Made by a program: the position numbers and the translations under genes
Assembly: GCA_963844945.1 (NCBI GenBank)
Contig: CAWJQZ010000046.1
Location: 152,000 to 215,999, forward strand
DNA from: an uncultured Chloroflexia bacterium
GTDB taxonomy: Bacteria; Chloroflexota; Limnocylindria; Limnocylindrales; CSP1-4
DNA length: 64,000 nucleotides
Direction of reading: 5' to 3'
Notes under the pieces: generated by a model
Databases searched by the model: none
Told to the model about the DNA's origin: nothing
Seen by the model: the letters and a program-made list of their open reading frames with translations, nothing else
Shown here: one piece after another, positions 1-10,368 of the stretch
Layout: every line of letters starts with the position of its first letter
Position numbering within the stretch: position 1 is the stretch's first letter

Positions 1-593
1 CCCGCGAGGACCGCGTCCCGACGCCGGAGGGCGTCGAGGACGGGGTCGTGGAGGTCCGCGATCCGCTCGCGGTCCACGCCCGGGACGACGAGCGTGATGT
101 AGGTCCGGGAGAACGGCTCCAGGTGGCGCCAGACCCTGTCGAGCGTGGCGTTCGACGCGATCTCGATGACGCGTCCGTGGAACGCCGCGTCCGCCGTCGC
201 CTCGGCGTACGAGTCGCCGGCGAGGGCGGCCCGGCGCATCTCCGCGACGTAGCCGCCCAGCTCGGCGAGGTCCGCCTCGGTGATCCGCGGGAGGGCGAGA
301 CGCGCGCCGAGCTTCTCGAGCTCGGCGCGCACGGTGTACGCCTCGCGCAGCTGTTCCGTGGACGGGTGGCGGACGCGAGCGCCACGGAACGCGTTGATCT
401 CCACGACCCCGATCGCCTCGAGGCCGCGCAGCGCCTCCCGGACGGGCGCCTGGCTGACGCCGTACTCCTTCGCCACCCGGGTCTCCACGATGCGGGAGCC
501 GGGCGGGTACCGGCCGGCGAGGATCGCCTGCAGGAGGCGATCCTTCACCTGGTCGGCGAGGACGCTGCGCGGGATCTCCGAGCCGCGAGGCAT
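1..593 (-). CDS. GntR/FadR-family transcriptional regulator; C-terminus runs off the window start
   Basis: Not in the ORF track. Own minus-strand translation from ATG 593-591: MPRGSEIPRSVLADQVKDRLLQAILAGRYPPGSRIVETRVAKEYGVSQAPVREALRGLEAIGVVEINAFRGARV...FHGRVIEIASNATLDRVWRHLEPFSRTYITL. Winged HTH plus FCD-type domain. Clear paralogue of 14880-15587. Confidence 0.85.
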   Translation of the reverse strand, partial: MPRGSEIPRSVLADQVKDRLLQAILAGRYPPGSRIVETRVAKEYGVSQAPVREALRGLEAIGVVEINAFRGARVRHPSTEQLREAYTVRAELEKLGARLALPRITEADLAELGGYVAEMRRAALAGDSYAEATADAAFHGRVIEIASNATLDRVWRHLEPFSRTYITLVVPGVDRERIADLHDPVLDALRRRDAVLA

Positions 594-619
594 GGGCTGG
601 GCCCCCTCTTTCGGGACCC

Positions 620-2355
620 CTAGAGGATCTCGACCACGCCGGCGTTGCCGTCGACGCGGATGCGCTGGCCGGTGTGGATCACGTAGGTGCCGACGGAGGT
701 GCCGACGACCGCCGGGATCTCGTACTCGCGGGCGAGCACGGCCGGGTGGGCGACCACGTCGCCGGCGTTCGTCACGACGGCGCTGATCTTGCCGTAGAGG
801 ACCTGCCAGGCCGGGTTCGTCATCTCGCACACCAGGATCTCGCCCTGGCGGACGAGGTCGAACTCGTCCGTGGACGTGACGACGCGCGCCACGCCCTCGA
901 CGACGCCCGGCGAGCCGGCGATGCCGGCGAGCTTGCCGTCCTTGAGCTCCCGCGGGCGGTTGAACTTGTCCGGGAAGCCCCAGAGGTTGAGGTACGGGAA
1001 CGCGAGCTGCGTCGCCGTGGCCGTGCCGACCCAGTCCTTGCGGCCGGATGTTCTCGGCCTCGGCGCGCTTGGCGCGCGCGGCCGCGACGATCGCGCGTCC
1101 GGTCGTGGCGTCCGGCGCCCCGATGAACTCGCGGAGCGCGTTGTAGCGGAAGTAGATGACGTCGTCCGGCCGGTCGAGGACGCCCATCTCGACGAGCTTC
1201 TCGCCGAGGGCGATGAGGACGAGGCGGACGTGCGCGTTCGCGCCCTGGTCGATGTAGAAGTGGTGGTCCGGGGTGAGCGGCGCCATCTTGAGGTTGATCT
1301 CGTTGGCGGCGCGCATCTCCTCGAGCGCCTCGCCGGAGAGCCCCTCGAGGATCTCCTGCGCCGCGGCGTCGATGTCCGCCTTGAGGGCGGCGACCTTGGT
1401 CGGGTAGTCGTAGTCGGAGGTGTACTGGTCGCGGACGAGCTGGATGACCGGGTTCATGTCCTCGCGGAAGCTCGGATAGATGAACTCGTGGCTCCAGACG
1501 GCGTGCCAGCCGAACTCCTTCTGGTACGGGACGACCCGCTCGTCGATGAAGCGGCGCCCGCGCTCGGTCGCCTGCAGCGCCGGGACGATCTGGGCGGCGG
1601 TCGGGTTGTCGAAGGCGGCCCGGAGCTCCGGGTCGCCCTTGACCTCCTCCTTCATCTCCCAGAGGGCGCGGATCTTGTCCCAGTTGCGGTCGCTGGCGGA
1701 GTTCTGGAGCCGGCCGAGGAGGACCTTGTCCACCTTGCCGTGGGTCTTCTCCATGACCGCCTGGAGGTTGAGCGTCGCGCTGAGCTGCGCGAAGTTCAGC
1801 ATCCAGTGGATCTTCCAGTGGCGGTCGTGCATGTCGATGGCGTCCTCGAGGAGGACCGCCACGTCCGCGAGCGACAGCTCGTCCTTCTTGTCGAGCATCG
1901 CCTCGATGTAGTCGAAGTTGCGCTGCATCTCCGGCACGAACCGGGTGCGCCACCAGTAGGTGAAGTTGTTCCCGTAGACCGGGAGGACCGCGCCGAGGTA
2001 GGCGCCGATCTTCGCCGGCGTACGCGTCGTCCTCGGGGACGATCGCCTGGGTCTCGTAGTTGTACTCCTGCGTCGCGACGTGCAGGCCGGCCTCGGCCGG
2101 GATCGCCGTCGTGTACAGGTAGCCGTTGATGTTCTTGTAGATCCAGTCCGTCGCGAACGGGGTGCCGAAGCGGCGGAACATGTGGTCGCACGAGAGCCAC
2201 CACCCGCCGATGTCCTCGTACATCGGGGAGAGCGGCTTGGGGCAGTGGAGGTCGTCGAAGACCCAGAACAGGAGCTTCTCGTTCTCGGATGCCCACTCGA
2301 TCGGGAACGATGCGTCCCCGAAGAACGCCCCGAGGACCTCTTCCTTCAGCGGCAC
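620..2355 (-). CDS. PEP-utilising-enzyme family protein (C-terminal phosphohistidine swivel domain, N-terminal region of unknown function); 2 apparent frameshifts
   Basis: AGGAGG lies 7 nt before GTG at 2355. N-terminus [21 protein letters not shown]...[10 protein letters not shown] is in the frame of track ORF 820..3243. The middle part (about 2015-1050: [29 protein letters not shown]...[15 protein letters not shown]) was found only by own translation. C-terminus is track ORF 620..892 ([45 protein letters not shown]-utilizers mobile-domain signature). Frame changes near 2015 and 1048. Confidence 0.75.
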
Positions 2356-2420
2356 GGTTGCGCCTCCTGTGGTGCGTGGGCGGGCGGCGCGCCGCGCCGC
2401 CCGCCGAGACGGTGGTGGTG

Positions 2421-3243
2421 CTAGTGGGCGATGACCTTGAAGCGCTTCATGTTCTCGGTGATCGCGATCTCCGTTGGCAGGCGCTCCATGCTCGACGCGC
2501 CGAAGAACCCGTCCACGCCCTCGGTGCGCGTGAGGACGTACTCGGCGTCGTCGGGCTCGGCGACCGGGCCGCCGTGGCAGAGGACGATGACGTCCTTCTT
2601 CACGGCGACGGCGGCGTCGCGGATCGCCTGGATCCGCTTCGACCGAGTCGTCGAGGGTGAGGGCCGTCGTCGCGCCGATCGCGCCCTTGGTCGTGAGGCC
2701 CATGTGGGCGACGACGACGTCAGCGCCGACCTTCGCCATCGCGGCAGCCTGGTCGGGATCGAAGACGTACGGGCTGCAGAGGAGGCCGGCGTTGTGGGCG
2801 TCGCGGATCATGTCGATCTCGAGCCCGAAGCCCATCCCGGTCTCTTCGAGGTTCTGGCGGAACTGGCCGTCGCAGAGCCCGACCGTCGGGAAGTTCTGGA
2901 CGCCGGAGAACCCGACGCGCTTGACCTCCTCGAGGAAGACGGGCATGAGGCGGAACGGGTCGGTCCCGCAGACGCCGGCGAGGACCGGGGTCTCCTTCAC
3001 GACCGGGAGGACCTCGCCGGCCATCTCCATGACGATCGCGTTCGCGTCGCCGTACGGCATGCAGCCCGCGAGCGAGCCGCGGCCCGCCATCCGGTAGCGC
3101 CCGGAGTTGTAGATGATGATGAGGTCGGCCCCGCCGGCCTCCGCGCACTTCGCCGAGAGGCCCGTCCCGGCCCCGGCTCCGATGATCACGCCGCCGCCGG
3201 CGATCGTGTTCCGCAGGCGCGCGAGAGCTTCCTGACCGTTCAC
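2421..3243 (-). CDS. Phosphoenolpyruvate hydrolase-like TIM-barrel protein (PF09370-type partner of UPF0261); 1 apparent frameshift
   Basis: N-terminal part is in track ORF 820..3243 ([60 protein letters not shown]...[22 protein letters not shown]). C-terminal 60 aa is track ORF 2421..2603 ([42 protein letters not shown]). Frames join near 2640. Confidence 0.75.
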
Positions 3244-3265
3244 CCTGGTCCTCCTGTGACCCGAC

Positions 3266-4493
3266 CTACCGACCCGCCGCCCACGCGGTGTAGAGCGCGT
3301 CGAGGCGCTCCGCCATCGCGGTCGCGAACGCAGGGTCGTTGATGTCCGTGTCCATCTCGACGAGCTCGACGTCCGGCCGCAGGCCGGCGCGCAGCTCGCC
3401 CATGAGCGCCGCGTCCGCCTCGGCGTCGTAGAACGGCTTGTCCACGACGTCGATCATCGAGACGCCCCGGAGGGGGACGAAGACCGTGAGCGGTCCCTTC
3501 GCGGCGTTGAGCTTGGTGGCGATGATCCGGCCGAGCTCCGCGCACTCCTCCTTCGTCGTGCGCATGAGCGTCACCGTCGCGTTGTGCACGTAGAGGTTGC
3601 GGTCCTTGAACTGCGGCGGGACCGTGTCCAGCGGGCCGAAGTTCACCATGTCGAGCGCGCCGAGCGAGACGACCTGCGGGAGCCCCAGCTTCCCCGCCAT
3701 CTCGAGGCGGTCCGGGCCGGCCGACAGCACGCCCCCGACCAGCTCGTCCGCGAGCTCGGTCGTGGTGCTGTCCAGGACGCCCGTGATGAAGCCGGCCTCC
3801 ATGAGCGCTTCCATGGAGCGGCCGCCCGCGCCGGTCGCGTGGAAGACGAGGACCTCGTAGCCCTTGCGCCTCGAGCCACTCGCGCGCGGTGGTCACGCAC
3901 GGCGTGGTGACGCCGAACATCGTCGCGCCGATGAGCGGCTTCTTCTCGACGTGGGAGACGAAGCCCTCCGTCGCCTTCGCCATCCCGGCGATCCCCGCGG
4001 CGGCGTTCGTCAGGATCTTCTCGGAGATCCCGTTGATCCCGGCGATGTCGACGACCGAGTACATCATCGCGATGTCGGTGGTGCCGACGTACGGGCGCGT
4101 GTCGCCAGAGGCGACGGTCGAGACGAGGAGCTTGGGGACGCCGACCGGGAGGGCCTGCATCGCCGCGGAGATGAGGGAGGAGCCGCCGGAGCCGCCCATC
4201 CCGAGGATCCCGTGGAGCTTGCCCTCGTCGTAGAGGCGGCGGACGACGGCGACCGCGCCGCGCGTCATCGCGGCGACCGCCGGGCCGCGATCGCCCGCGG
4301 CCGCGAGGGCCGCACGGTCCTCGCCGGCGGCGCGCGCCACCTCGTCCGCGGTGATGTCGCCCGGGGATCGCTCGCTCATCACCCCCGCGTCGACGAGGAT
4401 GACGTCGCAGCCGGCGTCGCGGACGCGATCTCGGAGGAACGCGTACTCCGAACCCTTCGTGTCCAGGGTCCCGAGCAGCACGACGCTGGCCAT
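3266..4493 (-). CDS. UPF0261 family protein (Tm-1 N-terminal-like, putative ATP-binding); 1 apparent frameshift
   Basis: N-half is track ORF 3240..4493 ([38 protein letters not shown]...[22 protein letters not shown]). C-half is track ORF 3266..3814 ([60 protein letters not shown]). Join near 3867. Confidence 0.8.
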
Positions 4494-4523
4494 GCGAAAC
4501 CTCCTGTGCGGGGCCGTTGCGGC

Positions 4524-5259
4524 CTATGCCGAGGCCGATACGGCCTCCTGTGACGTGGATGCGACGCCGAGGAAGCGGCGCTGGGACGCCTCGTCGGCGA
4601 GCAGCTCCGCGGATGTCGTCTCGACGGCGATGATGCCGGTGACCATGATCGCGAGGCGGTCCGAGACGGCCGTCGCGACGCCGAGGTTCTGCTCGACGAG
4701 CAGCAGCCCGACGCCCTCCTTCGCGACGTCGCGGAGGACCTCGATCAGGTGCTCGACGACGATCGGCGCGAGGCCCTCCGACGGCTCGTCCATGACGAGC
4801 AGGTGCGGGTTGAGAAGGAGCGCGCGGGCGATCGCGAGCATCTGCTGCTCGCCGCCCGAGAGCTGCATCGCGCCGTTCTTCTTGCGCGCGGCGAGGGACG
4901 GGAAGAGCTCGTAGACCTTCTTGATGGTCCAGCCGTCGGTGCGACGCTTGGCGACCATCCGGAGGTGCTCGTCCACCGAGAGCGACGGGAAGACGCGGCG
5001 GCCCTGCGGGACGTAGCCCACGCCGGCACGGGCGATCAGATGGGGCTGACGTCCCACGAGCTCCTCGCCCGCGAGCACGACCGACCCGGTGGCAGTGCAC
5101 GAGGCCGGTGATCGCGTTGCAGAGGGTCGTCTTGCCCATGCCGTTGCGGCCGATGAGCGAGAGCGGCTCGCCGCCGACCTCCAGGTTCACGCCCTGGAGG
5201 ACGTGGCTCTGGCCGTAGCGGACGTTGAGGTCCGTGATCGTGAGGAGCGGCTCAGCCAT
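4524..5259 (-). CDS. livF: Branched-chain amino acid-type ABC transporter ATP-binding protein (LivF-like); 1 apparent frameshift
   Basis: N-terminus MAEPLLTITDLNVRYGQSHVLQGVNLEVGGEPLSLIGRNGMGKTTLCNAITGLV (Walker A) is in the frame of ORF 3643..6981. The rest is track ORF 4524..5078 (LSGGEQQMLAIARALLLNPHLLVMDEPSEGLAP). Join near 5091. Overlaps the livG stop. Confidence 0.85.
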
Positions 5260-6038
5260 GGTGCGCGCCCACGGAGTGGCCCAGGTAGATGTCCTGGACG
5301 GTGGGGTTCGCCTGGATCTCGTCCGGCGTCCCCTCGACCACGATGGCGCCCTCCTGCATGACCGTGACCCGGTCGGCGGCGGCGAGGGCGACGTCCATGT
5401 CGTGCTCCACGAGGATGATCGTGATGTCGCGCGGGAGGCGGTGGAGCAGCTCGGTGAGCATCGTCCGCTCGCCGCGCGAGAGGCCGGCGGCGGGCTCGTC
5501 GAGCATGAGGAGCTTCGGGTTCCCCGCGAGCGCCATCCCCACCTCGAGCTGGCGCTGCTGCCCGTGCGAGAGCGAGCCGACCGGGCGGTCGTACACGTCG
5601 CCGAGGTGGACGATGTCCGCGATCTCCCGGCCGCGGACCAGGGCGGGATCCGATGCGCGCGGCCGCAGCATGCTGAAGCGCCCGCGTCCGGACGCCGCGG
5701 CCCGCGAGGTAGAGGCTGTCGGCGACCGTCAGCCCCATGAAGAGCTGCGAGTTCTGGTACGTGCGGGTGAGGCCCAGGCGGGTCCGCCTGTGCGGCTGGA
5801 GCTGGGTGACCTCCTGGCCGTACAGGCGGATCGTCCCGGACGTCGGGGGGAAGTCCCCCGCCACGACGTTGAACAGCGTCGTCTTCCCCGCCCCGTTGGG
5901 GCCGAGGATCGCGCGCCGTTCGCCGACGGGGACCTCCATGGTCACGTCGCGGAGAGCCTGGAGGGCGCCGAAGCGCCGCCCCACGCCCTGCAGCTGCAGG
6001 GCGGGGGCGGACGCCTCGGCCGCCGTCGTTACGGTCAC
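5252..6038 (-). CDS. livG: Branched-chain amino acid-type ABC transporter ATP-binding protein (LivG-like); 1 apparent frameshift
   Basis: GTG at 6038 overlaps the SBP stop (GTGA). LQLQGVGRRFGALQALRDVTMEVPVGERRAILGPNGAGKTTLFNVVAG is in the frame of ORF 5187..6842. C-half is track ORF 5252..5671 (LSHGQQRQLEVGMALAGNPKLLMLDEPAAGLS). Join near 5700. Confidence 0.85.
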
Positions 6039-7435
6039 GGGCAGTTCGGGAAGTCCCGGCTGACCGGCTGGGCGAGGTACGGGCTGTCGGCCGGGAGGCC
6101 GAGCGTCTGCGGGACGTTGTCGACCTTGCTCGATGACGACGGCGGCGAGCTTGCCGTCGGCGCCCTTCTGGATCTCGGAGACGTAGTTCGGACGCGATCG
6201 CCTGGCGGTTCTGGTCGAGCGCGATGTGACCCGGTCGGGCCGTCGAACTCGACCTTCGCAGAGCGCGTCCATGAAGTTCTTCTGGTCTTCGGAGAGGTCG
6301 CCGTTGACGGCCGCGAGGCCCTTGAGGACGCCGAGCGTCTCGTTGTAGTAGCTGAGGGCGAAGAGGCCCGGGTAGTTGAGGCCGTCCGGGAACTGCGCGT
6401 GGTAGGTCTTCACGTACTCGAGCCACGCCGGCTCGGTCGCCGTGTCGGAGGTCGGGCTGGCCGTGATCGTCCCGACGAGCTGGTCCTGGAAGGCACCCTC
6501 GGTCGAGAGGACCGACTGGTCGACCGTGATCGACCCGCCGATGAACTTGGCCTTGCCGCCGGCCTGCGCGTACTGCGTGAAGAAGTTGATCGCGTCCGCG
6601 CCGCCGAGGGCGACGTAGATCGCGTCGACGCCGGAGGTCGGGATGTTCGAGACGACCGAGCTGTAGTCCTTGGTGCCGAGCGGGACCCAGTTCTTCTGGA
6701 CCACGTGGCCGCCGGCGCCGCAGAACTCGTACATGAAGCCGCCGACCTGCGTGTACGGGAACGAGTAGTCCTCGGCCACGGTGACGACGTTCTTGTAGCC
6801 CTTGTCGCTTGTACGCGTACTTGCCGAGGCCGGCCATGCCACTGGGCGCCGTCGGTCGAGAACCGGAAGAAGTTCGGGGCCGGGTCGCGGAAGGTCGTGT
6901 CCTGCGCGGCCGACGAGCCGTTGACGAACGTCTTGTCCGGGACGGTCTTGGCGTAGTCCTTGATCGCGAGACCCTCGTCACCCGAGAGCGGGCCGATGAG
7001 GATGTCGACGTTGTCCTGCTCGATGAGCTTCTTGGCCTTCTCGAGCGCGACGGCCGGCGTGGCGTCGGAGCCTTCCTTGGTGAGCGTGATCTCGCAGTCG
7101 CCCAGCCACCAGCCCGTCCTTGCCGGGCTGCTTGGCGTAGCGTGTTGAGCGCCTGCTCGATCCCGCGGAAGCCCTCCTGGCCCGGGACCGCGAACGGGCC
7201 CTCGAGCGTGGCGAGGCCGCCGAGGGTGATCGTCTTGCCGTGCAGGGGTCGCGAGGCGGCACGCGCCGTCGGCCGGCGCCGCGCTCTCGGCCGGCGCCTG
7301 CGTCGCCGCCGCCTGACTCTCGGCCGGCGCCTGGCTCGCGGGCGCCGTCGTCGCGTTCCCGCTGCTGCACGCCGCCGCGAGGATCGCGGTGGCGGCCACG
7401 AGGACCGCGAGCTTCTTCGTCGTGATGGACGTCAT
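6035..7435 (-). pseudogene. Liv-type (Peripla_BP_6) ABC substrate-binding lipoprotein, broken by about 9 single-base insertions as assembled
   Basis: GGAGGAGG RBS before ATG 7435. Signal and lipobox MTSITTKKLAVLVAATAILAAAC. Conserved blocks recovered by hand across all three frames: PLHGKTITLGGLATLEGPFAVPGQEGFRGIEQALNT / YAKQPGKDG / WWLGDCEITLTKEGSDATPAVALEKAKKLIEQDNVDILIGPLSGDEG...STDGAQW / MAGLGKYAYK / DKGYKNVVTVAEDYSFPYTQ...FMDALCE / VEFDGPTG / HIALDQNRQAIAS / NYVSEIQKGADGKLAAVVIEQ / VDNVPQTLGLPADSPYLAQPVSRDFPNCP. Shifts near 7262, 7140, 7110, 6843, 6812, 6252, 6222, 6189 and 6125. Confidence 0.8.
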
Positions 7436-7526
7436 CAGTCCTCCTCCTGGTGACCGGTCGGCCGCACGATGCGCGCGACCCGGGTCGTCTCCTCCCAGAC
7501 ACGCGTCCCCCAGCAAGTCCTCCCTG

Positions 7527-8712
7527 CTAGCTGCCTAGCTCGGCCACGGAGTCGGGGTCCTGCTGCACGATCGGATCGACCGGCGGCAGGGCCACCGCTT
7601 CCGTGGCGTTCCCGGCGGGCTCCGCCGCGGCCTCGGCCGCGGCCGGTGTCCCGCTCGATGAGAACCGACGTTCGGCCGCCCGTCCAGCCGCGGTCCACGA
7701 GCCCGACGACCCCGTTGGGCGCGACGAGGACGATGACGACGAACGCGAGCCCGATGAGCGTGTTGAACCGCTCATCGAAGCTGAACCCGAAGACCTCGAC
7801 GCTGCTCGCGAAGACGTCGAGGACGAGGAAGATGAACGCGCCGATGAACGCGCCGATCGGGTATCCGAGGCCGCCGATCACCGCGATGATGAGCACGTCG
7901 ATCGTGCGGGCGAGGTCCACGACGCCGGGCGAGATGTTCCCGCGGTACCAGACGCCGAGGACGCCGGAGAGGCCGGCGACGAACCCGCCGATGGCGAAGA
8001 TCGCGACGCGGTGGAGCGTGACGCGGTACCCGAGCGCGCGCATCCGCCGCGGGTTGTCGCGGACGCCCTGGAACGTCAGTCCCAGCTGCGTCCGTACGAG
8101 GTATCTCAGGCCCAGCGTACGCGAGGATCGCGACGACGAGGCACATGTAGTAGAAGGCGAGCGGGTTCGCGCGCGGCTGCCCGGTGGGTCCCACGATCCC
8201 GGCGAACCCGATGTGGCCGCCGAAGAACTCGTAGTTCTGCAGCACGACGTAGAAGAACCCGACGGCGATCGCGAGCGTGAGCATGAGGAAGTAGATCCCG
8301 CTCGATCGCGACGCGATCGCGCCCACGAGCGCGCCCGCGAGCGTCGCGAGCGATGAGGGCGATGATCGCGGACGGGATCGACGGGAGGCCGAGGCCGATC
8401 GTCGCGCCGGTGGCGTTCGTGCTCGGCAGCAGGTTCATGAGCGCGACCCCGTAGGCCGCGAAGCCCGGCGAGCGACGGCCTGCGCGAGGGAGACCATCCC
8501 GCCGTAGCCGGACATGAAGACGAGGCTCAGCGCGACGATCCCGAGGATCAGCGCGTTCGCGCCGATCGAGAGCGTCCAGTACCGCGCCTGGTTCGCGTTG
8601 AACAGGAGCGGCAGCACGATCGGGTAGAGGACGAGAAGGCGACGCCGGCGGCCGCGGGAAGCCCCCAGCGGCGGGCGGTCTTCGAGCTCACCCGGCCGGT
8701 CGCGGCGCTCAT
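7527..8712 (-). pseudogene. livM: Liv-type ABC transporter permease (LivM-like), broken by about 5 indels as assembled
   Basis: ATG 8712 overlaps the livH stop (ATGA). Hydrophobic blocks span track ORFs 8435..8617, 8106..8438, 7772..8326 and 7435..8043 (LPLLFNANQARYWTLSIGANALILGIVALSLVFMSGYGGMVSLAQ; NLLPSTNATGATIGLGLPSIPSAIIALIA; GAIASRSSGIYFLMLTLAIAVGFFYVVLQ; MRALGYRVTLHRVAIFAIGGFVAGLSGVLG). Shifts near 8625, 8470, 8345 and 8110. The C-terminal end (7527 versus 7435) is uncertain. Confidence 0.75.
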
Positions 8713-9588
8713 GCCGGCCTCCCGAGGAGGCCGCGCGGGCGGACCGCGAGGACGGCGGCCATGATCACGAACGTGATGAAGATCGAGTAGGTCGGCGCGT
8801 AGAAGAGGCCGATCTGCTGGGCGAGCCCGATGATGAGCGCGCCGATCACGGCCCCGCCGAGGCTCCCCATCCCGCCGACGATGACGACGACGAGCGACGT
8901 CAGCAGGAACCAGCCGTCCTCGCTGGGCGTGATCGAGAGGGCCGTCGCGCCGACGACGCCCGAGAGGCCGGCGAGGCCGGCGCCGAGGGCGAAGACGAAG
9001 AGGAAGACGCGCGCGACGTTCACGCCGAGGGCGGAGAGCATGTCGCGGTCGTCGATGCCCGGCACGGATGTACATGCCGACGCGCGTGCGGTTCAGGATG
9101 AGCCACAGGACGCAGTACACCGCCGCGGCGACGACGATCATGAACAGCCGGAACGCGGAGTAGGTGCCGCCGACCACGAAGGGGAGCGAGACCGAGCCCG
9201 CAGCGATCGGCGGGGGCGGGATCTGGTACGCGACGCCGCCGTAGTGGGCGAGGCTCAGGTCCACGATGATGATCGCGATGCCGATCGTCACCAGCGCCTG
9301 GCGCAGGTCCTGGCCCGCCATCCACGACAGCAGGCCCAGGTGGATGACGACGCCGATGGCCGCCACGGCGACGAAGCCGGCGGCCATGCCCAGCCACCAG
9401 TTGCCGGTGACCGTCACCACGCTCACGCCCACGTACGCGCCGAGGACGTACATGGCGCCGTGCGCCATGTTCGTGGTGCGCAGCAGGCCGAAGATCAGGG
9501 TGAAGCCGCTCGCCACGATGAAGTAGAGGGCGGCGAGCGTGACCCCATTCAGACAGACCGTCAGGAAGTCGGTCAACTCCTTCGGCAA
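8709..9588 (-). CDS. livH: Liv-type ABC transporter permease (LivH-like); 1 apparent frameshift
   Basis: TTG start at 9588 with GAGGTGG 5 nt upstream. Track ORF 8548..9588 N-part (MPKELTDFLTVCLNGVTLAALYFIVASGFTLIFGLLRTTNMAHGAMYVLGAYV) plus track ORF 8709..9065 (DDRDMLSALGVNVARVFLFVFALGAGLAGLSGVVGA...). Join near 9062. Confidence 0.85.
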
Positions 9589-9646
9589 CGGGCCACCTCA
9601 TGTCGGAGTCGCGGATCGGTGACGGGGAGGGCGCTGAACAGGACGC

Positions 9647-9658
9647 TCGATAATCGAT
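9647..9658. promoter_or_regulatory. Double-ClaI palindrome TCGATAATCGAT, copy 1 (about 60 nt upstream of livH)
   Basis: gcTCGATAATCGATtg. Same core as 9846-9858 and 12517-12529. The core is not seen anywhere else in the window. Confidence 0.55.
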
Positions 9659-9845
9659 TGTCGCACGATAGGAACGGCTACACGGGCAGTCAAGTGCCAT
9701 GCAGGGGTCCCGGATCGCGCCCCGGCTCCCTCCGGGGACAGCCCCCCTTGGCCGTCGGACACGCTCCCTCGCGGCCCGATGCGGCGGCGATCTCGATGCT
9801 GCCGACCCTCCCCGGCCGGCCGGACGGCACGCTTGCCCCGTCCGC

Positions 9846-9858
9846 ATCGATAATCGAT
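9846..9858. promoter_or_regulatory. Palindrome ATCGATAATCGAT, copy 2 (about 70 nt upstream of the first cupin gene)
   Basis: gcATCGATAATCGATga, exactly 200 bp from copy 1 in the same divergent intergenic region. Confidence 0.55.
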
Positions 9859-9926
9859 GATACGCACTGCACGAGCGTCCCGCGCCGCGATGGCGCACAC
9901 CCCTCACCGGGCCAGGAGATGCCGCG

Positions 9927-10355
9927 ATGACGGATCCGAAGACGCGCTTCATCAGCCCCGACGACGTCGAGACGCAGGTCTTCGACTGGGGAACGATCAA
10001 GTGGCAGAGCGAGGTCCGGGTGACCGGCTCCACCAGCTCGACCGGCGGCCTCGTGATCCTCGATCCGGGCAAGGGCCACGCGCGGCACAATCACCCGGGA
10101 TCCGACGAGATCCTCTACTTCATCTCTGGCGAGGGCGACCAGATGATCGAGGACGAGGACGGGAACCCCATGACGCGCCACATGAAGCCCGGCGACATGG
10201 CGTACATCCCGGAGGGCATCTTCCACTCCACCATCAACACGACCTGGGAGCCCCTCCGGATCCTCGCCATCTACACGCCCGGCGGCCCCGAGGCCTTCCT
10301 CCGCGGCCTGCCCGACTGCGTGATCGTCCCGCCCGGCCAGCTGCCCACCCGATAA
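9927..10355 (+). CDS. Cupin domain protein
   Basis: Intact track ORF. AGGAG lies 8 nt upstream. Cupin motifs GHARHNHPGSDEILYFISGEG and PGDMAYIPEGIFHST. Confidence 0.85.
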   Translation: MTDPKTRFISPDDVETQVFDWGTIKWQSEVRVTGSTSSTGGLVILDPGKGHARHNHPGSDEILYFISGEGDQMIEDEDGNPMTRHMKPGDMAYIPEGIFHSTINTTWEPLRILAIYTPGGPEAFLRGLPDCVIVPPGQLPTR

Positions 10356-10368
10356 GGAGAGAACCCCG

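Noticed and set aside
3643-6981. Very long track ORFs (3643..6981 1112 aa; 25598..29701 1367 aa; 47575..51198 1207 aa; 21818..24667 949 aa; 32438..34984 848 aa; most of 21789..24317 and 820..3243) that could be read as giant novel proteins
   Set aside because: Outside short segments that belong to real genes, their translations are Arg/Pro/Gly/Ala-rich low-complexity strings. They run antisense to or out of frame with clearly conserved genes. Stop-free shadow frames are expected at this GC content.
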